From positions 736,001 through 800,000 of the forward strand of contig CAXWPL010000005.1 in assembly GCA_963666215.2 (NCBI GenBank): 64,000 nt of DNA. The letters are read 5' to 3'. Below the pieces are notes generated by a model that worked only from the letters and a program-made list of their open reading frames with translations, made no database searches and was not told the origin of the DNA. The number at the start of each line of letters is the position of its first letter. The stretch's first letter is position 1. This stretch comes from Acidobacteriota bacterium. GTDB taxonomy: Bacteria; Acidobacteriota; UBA890; WLXD01. Positions 59,606 to 64,000 of the stretch are shown in pieces. The translations under genes were made by a program, and so were the position numbers.

Positions 59606-61737
59606 CAACGGGCCCCTAGCCGCAGGCCCACGAAGAGCTGTCGTCCCGGCGACCGAAAGCCGAACACTTCCTCAACGTGGGCAGCGCCAACATTCTCGAG
59701 GCGTGTGAACAGCTCCACACCGGCTGCGAGCTCTCGTGAAACCGCCAAGGTGAACGTCGTGAAGGCGTCGAGCGTGACCCTCCCCGTGGGACCCGCGTCG
59801 GCCCGGGCACCCTTGGCGAGCATCTCGCCGAACACGAGCCACCCGTCCCGCGGGCCAAGAGTCGCTCTCAGGCTCGCGACGTGCCGTGGCCGGCGCAGCA
59901 ACTGCGCCCCGCCCACCACTTCTTGCCCTCGTCCGCCCACTTCCTCCGCTCTTGTAAACGTATAGCTGCCATCAATTCGTAGAGCCCGTGGAGCCCCCGA
60001 CCCGCTCGGCGCCCATTGCAACGTCACCTCGACCCCCTCCGTGCTCGCCTGGCCGATGTTCTCGGCCACGAACGTCGCGAACGAGAACTGGATCAAATCG
60101 TCGATATCGTTGTGGTAGTAGGTGGCATCGGCGAGAAGTCCGGCGTCGCGGAAGTAGAGTTCCGCGCCTGCGTCGTAACCGGTGCTGCGCTCGGCATCGA
60201 GCGCCGGATTGCCGAAGCCCGGGAAGAAGAGGTCGGTTAGCGAGGGCGCGCGGAACGCTCCTCCCAGCGAGCCGTGCAGCCGCAGCACGTCGGTAGCCCG
60301 AGCCGACGCCGTGACCCGTAGGCCAAGATGGTCGCCGAACGTGCTGTGATTCTCGTACCGCGCCCCAACGCTGAACGCCATGCTGTCGCCGACCCGCAGA
60401 TGATCGGTGGCAAAGACTCCGACACTCTCGATCGATTCGTCGACGCTGGTGTTGCCGAACGGAGAACGGCTGAGAACGTTGGCCGCCTCGCGACGGTATT
60501 CGAGACCACCCATGAGTCGGTGCCGCGCGCCGAGCTCGATCTCGTTCTGCCAGTCGACCTCGGCGATCGAGGCGTCGGTGGTGCCGCCGGTGAAGAACGC
60601 GCCGTCCGGATCATCGAGGTCGAGATCCTGCTGCGTTCTCGACAGCGTCAACCAGCTCGACCAGCCGTCGCCGCGATAGCCTGCGCGCCCGCCAACGTAG
60701 AGCTCACGCGTCATCTGGACAAAATTGTCGTCGTCGACGGGCCCAACCCCGAAAACGAATCCATCGAGGTCGGCTCGCGCGTCGAAACCTCGTACGAACG
60801 CCTCTACTTGCCACCCCGCGTTCGAGCGGTGGCCAAGTCGGGCATCGAAGGCGACGTTGCGGTAGCCGTCCGACTCGCCATCGGGCGGGTCCAGAGTCGC
60901 CGAATCGCCGCTCGAATCGAGATAGGAAAAGCCAGCGCTGTAGTCGACCTGCGCGCTCGTCCCGCTGAGCGTCACGCCGCCGCGTCCGACACCCGCGCCG
61001 CCACCCTCGACATCGATCTCGATCAACATCTCGGCTGGCTCGCCCAATCCGGCACCGGGGCGGCGCGTCACGATGTTGACAACGCCGCCGATTGCCTCCG
61101 AACCGTAGAGCACACCCTGCGGCCCGCGCACGATCTCGAGGCGCTCAACGCGTGCCGCCGGCAGATGCGCGAAGTCGTAGGCTCCGGTGGTCGCCAGGTT
61201 GAGCTTGACACCATCGAGCAGCACGAGCAGATGGTTGGAGTTCGTGCCGCGGGAAAAGACGCTGGTCACCGAGCCGGGCCCGCCGGTCGGGACGACGGCC
61301 AGTCCGGGAACCCAGTTGAGCACCTGATGGAGCCAGCGGGCACCGCTGGCACGAATCTGCTCGCGATCGATCACCGACACGGAACTGCCGATCTCGGGCA
61401 GCGTCACTGTGAGACGCTCCGCGGTCACGACGATCTGCTCGTCGACCGCGAGCCTGTCGGCGGACGACTGGGCATCGGCCTGCGATTCCTCGACCTGCTC
61501 GCCCGCCGTTGCCTGAGAAGCTGCCGAGACGCCACGCGAAACGCTGTGGGTCGGAGCCTGGGCTTGCCCCTCGGCCAGAGAGGGCCAGGCCATCGCGGTG
61601 GCCAAACCGGCGGCCGCGAAGAGAATCGCACCCGCGGGACGAAAGGCCCTGACACAGGCGGCGGTGGCGGAAAAGCGCATCGCGTTCGAGCGACGGCGAA
61701 CAGTAGACAACCGGAGTAGAGACCGGGCTTCGTGCAT
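59605..61737 (-). CDS. btuB: TonB-dependent cobalamin receptor (BtuB-like)
   Basis: IVVTAER, RLEIVRGPQGVLYGSEAIGGVVNI plug; C-terminal GRQLFVGLR; B12 riboswitch upstream. Confidence 0.82.
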   Translation of the reverse strand: MHEARSLLRLSTVRRRSNAMRFSATAACVRAFRPAGAILFAAAGLATAMAWPSLAEGQAQAPTHSVSRGVSAASQATAGEQVEESQADAQSSADRLAVDEQIVVTAERLTVTLPEIGSSVSVIDREQIRASGARWLHQVLNWVPGLAVVPTGGPGSVTSVFSRGTNSNHLLVLLDGVKLNLATTGAYDFAHLPAARVERLEIVRGPQGVLYGSEAIGGVVNIVTRRPGAGLGEPAEMLIEIDVEGGGAGVGRGGVTLSGTSAQVDYSAGFSYLDSSGDSATLDPPDGESDGYRNVAFDARLGHRSNAGWQVEAFVRGFDARADLDGFVFGVGPVDDDNFVQMTRELYVGGRAGYRGDGWSSWLTLSRTQQDLDLDDPDGAFFTGGTTDASIAEVDWQNEIELGARHRLMGGLEYRREAANVLSRSPFGNTSVDESIESVGVFATDHLRVGDSMAFSVGARYENHSTFGDHLGLRVTASARATDVLRLHGSLGGAFRAPSLTDLFFPGFGNPALDAERSTGYDAGAELYFRDAGLLADATYYHNDIDDLIQFSFATFVAENIGQASTEGVEVTLQWAPSGSGAPRALRIDGSYTFTRAEEVGGRGQEVVGGAQLLRRPRHVASLRATLGPRDGWLVFGEMLAKGARADAGPTGRVTLDAFTTFTLAVSRELAAGVELFTRLENVGAAHVEEVFGFRSPGRQLFVGLRLGAR

Positions 61738-61780
61738 GGCACCCCCCCGTCGGAGGTCGACCCGTGACGAGGGTCGTTTG

Positions 61781-62000
61781 GACGGTCTCCTGGCTCTCGG
61801 ATCGACCTACTCACCGTCGCCTTCCCAGGGATTTCCCAGTGGCGTTCCGGACGCTCGGCTGGCGGCTCGCGCTGCTCAGGATGAGCTGCGAGCCCCCGAT
61901 CGCCCTCGGACGGTTTTCGTCCCCGATTACAGTTGCGGGGCAGCGCGGGATTCACACCCGCTTCCCGTTGTTGGGTTTGCTGTTTGTTGTTGAAAGAACA
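61781..62000 (-). ncRNA. Cobalamin riboswitch
   Basis: Minus strand: AACGGGAA-GCGGGTGTGAATCCCGC-GCTGCCCCGCAACTGT ... GCCACTG..GGGAAGGC ... GAGCCAGGAGACC (B12 box). Confidence 0.93.
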
Positions 62001-62193
62001 TGGCCGTGCGTCGACCAGCGGGCCCCCACCTTCAACGAAGGAGCGGCACTCGCGTCGAACGAAGCCGGGGCTCTTATAGCATGGCCGCCTCGAGCGTGGC
62101 GATTCCGCTCGCCGCGAGATCCGGCTCGTCCAAGCGAGCCAAGGCGCCGTAGCCCGTGAGATCCAAACAACGCAACCACCAGCGCGAAGTCAC

Positions 62194-63927
62194 GTGCGTA
62201 GAATCAGGATCCGGTTCGTGACACCGCCATCGCTGTTGATCCGGGGCGGCACGATCTACGACGGGCTCGGCAACCCGCCTGAGCGGCTCGATCTTCTCGT
62301 CGAAGGCAACACCATCGTCGATCTACCGGCACGCGGCTCCGCAACCGTAGCCGACCGGGTTATCGACGCCGAAGGCCTGGCCGTCGCGCCCGGATTTATC
62401 GACATTCACAGCCACTCCGACCTGGCGGTCCTGCATCCGGCCGCCCGCGATCTGATGGCTCCCTTCGTAGCGCAAGGGATCACCACCCAAGCGATCGGCA
62501 ACTGCGGCCTTGGAGTCGCTCCTGCGCCGCGCTCGCGACGCGACCACCTGCTCGCGTTCATGGCGCTACTGGTGCCCGCCGGGTTCGAGAGCGTCGGCAT
62601 CCGATGGACCAGCTGCCGTGACTATTTCGCGGCTCTGGCCACTGCCCACTTGCCGCTCAACGTAGCGCCGCTTGCAGCTCACGGAGCGCTCCGCTGTGCC
62701 GTCATGGGAGCCAAATCAGGGCCGGCGCGTGGCAGCGACCTGAAGCGAATCGGCCAGGCTCTCGATGAGGCGCTCAACGCCGGGGCGCTCGGGCTGTCGG
62801 CCGGGCTCATCTATCCCCCCGGCATGTGGGCCGATACCGACGAGCTCGAAGCCCTCTGCCGGCGTGTGGCGGCGGTCGACGGCCTGTTTGCCTGCCATGT
62901 GCGTGGATCGAGCGAATTGGCCGTCCACGCCCAGCGGGAGCTGCTCCAGTTAGGCAAGAACACGGGGACTTCGCTGCAGCACTCGCATCACGAGGCGTTC
63001 GGCCCCGGGTACTGGCACCTCGTAGACGAAACGATGCGGCTCGAGGACGATGCGCGGGCCGCAGGTGTCGATGTCGCCTCCGACGTCATCCCCTACCACG
63101 CTGTCAACACCACGCTCCTGTCAATCTACCCACCCTGGGCTCTGGAGGGAGGCGTCGAGGCGCTGTGCCTACGTCTGCGCGATGAAACCACGCGCCACCG
63201 CATCGCCGCCGAGATCGAAGGCCGCGAGCCTCTCTGGCCACCGTGGCGGGACGGCTGGGCGCACAACCTGATCAGGGCCGGCGGCTGGGACAATGTGTTC
63301 GTTCTGCAGGCGGCCAATCCCGCCTATTCACGCTGGCTCGGGCGCAGCTTGAGCGCCGTGGCGGCGGCCGAGGGCAGCAGCCCGTTCGAGTGCGCGGCTC
63401 GCCTCACCCAGGCCTGCGGCGGCGACGTGATGGCGCGCTACCACGGCGTTACCGGTGCGCCTGGCGACGACGGCCGGCTGCGGTCGCTGATTGCGCACCC
63501 CGACAACGCGATCGGCGTGGACGTGATCCTCAACGGTGACGGCGTATCGCACCCGGGAGGACACGGCGCGATGCCACGTGTGCTCGGTACGTACAGTCGT
63601 GAGCGTGGCTGGCTGTCGTTGTCACAAGCGATCCGTAAGATCACGTCACTGCCAGCCGCCAGGCTGGGCATCACCGATCGCGGCAGATTGGCGCCGGGCC
63701 GCGCCGCGGATATCGTGCTGTTCGATCCGCTCACCGTTGGCGAGCGCGGCACCTTCGAGCACCCGGATCGGCCGCCTCGCGGCATCGAATGGGTGGTGCT
63801 GAACGGGCGCGTGGCCATGGAAGCGGGACGCCTGACGAGTCTTTCGGGGTCATCGGCACGCGGTTACTTGCTGCGGCGCGGATCGTGGAAGGGCGCTCGA
63901 GCTGAACCCCTACCTGCGAGCCAATGA
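62194..63927 (+). CDS. N-acyl-D-amino-acid deacylase (amidohydrolase)
   Basis: APGFIDIHSHSD, QGITT..GNCG, GRAADIVLFD. Confidence 0.88.
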   Translation: MRRIRIRFVTPPSLLIRGGTIYDGLGNPPERLDLLVEGNTIVDLPARGSATVADRVIDAEGLAVAPGFIDIHSHSDLAVLHPAARDLMAPFVAQGITTQAIGNCGLGVAPAPRSRRDHLLAFMALLVPAGFESVGIRWTSCRDYFAALATAHLPLNVAPLAAHGALRCAVMGAKSGPARGSDLKRIGQALDEALNAGALGLSAGLIYPPGMWADTDELEALCRRVAAVDGLFACHVRGSSELAVHAQRELLQLGKNTGTSLQHSHHEAFGPGYWHLVDETMRLEDDARAAGVDVASDVIPYHAVNTTLLSIYPPWALEGGVEALCLRLRDETTRHRIAAEIEGREPLWPPWRDGWAHNLIRAGGWDNVFVLQAANPAYSRWLGRSLSAVAAAEGSSPFECAARLTQACGGDVMARYHGVTGAPGDDGRLRSLIAHPDNAIGVDVILNGDGVSHPGGHGAMPRVLGTYSRERGWLSLSQAIRKITSLPAARLGITDRGRLAPGRAADIVLFDPLTVGERGTFEHPDRPPRGIEWVVLNGRVAMEAGRLTSLSGSSARGYLLRRGSWKGARAEPLPASQ

Positions 63928-64000
63928 GAGTGGCAGAGGGGACCAGCAATGCTCGGGCGCGGCAACGGACGGCGGCCCGCTGGCGAGCCGCCGCCGGAGA

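Noticed and set aside
1-64000. rRNA, tRNA (including selC) and CRISPR arrays
   Set aside because: None recognised by eye; tRNAscan-SE or Infernal would be needed to exclude them.

Overview
High-GC bacterial chromosomal window, possibly Acidobacteriota-like judging by gene content (taxonomy is inference). The backbone carries peptidases and hydrolases (S9, M32, M19, M3), an SRPBCC/ArsR operon, a MATE exporter, surface-sugar genes, ybbP-ybbA/tesA, a class III-like ADH plus MBL-hydrolase pair, and a cobalamin-riboswitch-controlled btuB/D/C/F-like operon. Three things stand out. (1) A 12-kb composite transposon (37293-49337): two directly repeated IS5-family copies with a matching outer CTAA target duplication. 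It carries an XRE-HTH/ImmA-like regulator lacking the catalytic Glu, a complete-looking di-myo-inositol-phosphate (DIP)-type pathway (Ino1, IMPase, IPCT/DIPPS), a decayed HAS/NodC-like GT2 and a 725-aa uncharacterised protein. (2) An AhpD-like selenoprotein (CxxU, in-frame TGA plus SECIS-like hairpin) that the ORF track splits in two. (3) An argG-argH cassette sitting in a mosaic of gene fragments and an IS256 remnant. Several single-base frameshifts and short gene-end duplications also occur. No rRNA, tRNA or CRISPR array was seen. All protein calls are from motif recognition by eye, not database searches.
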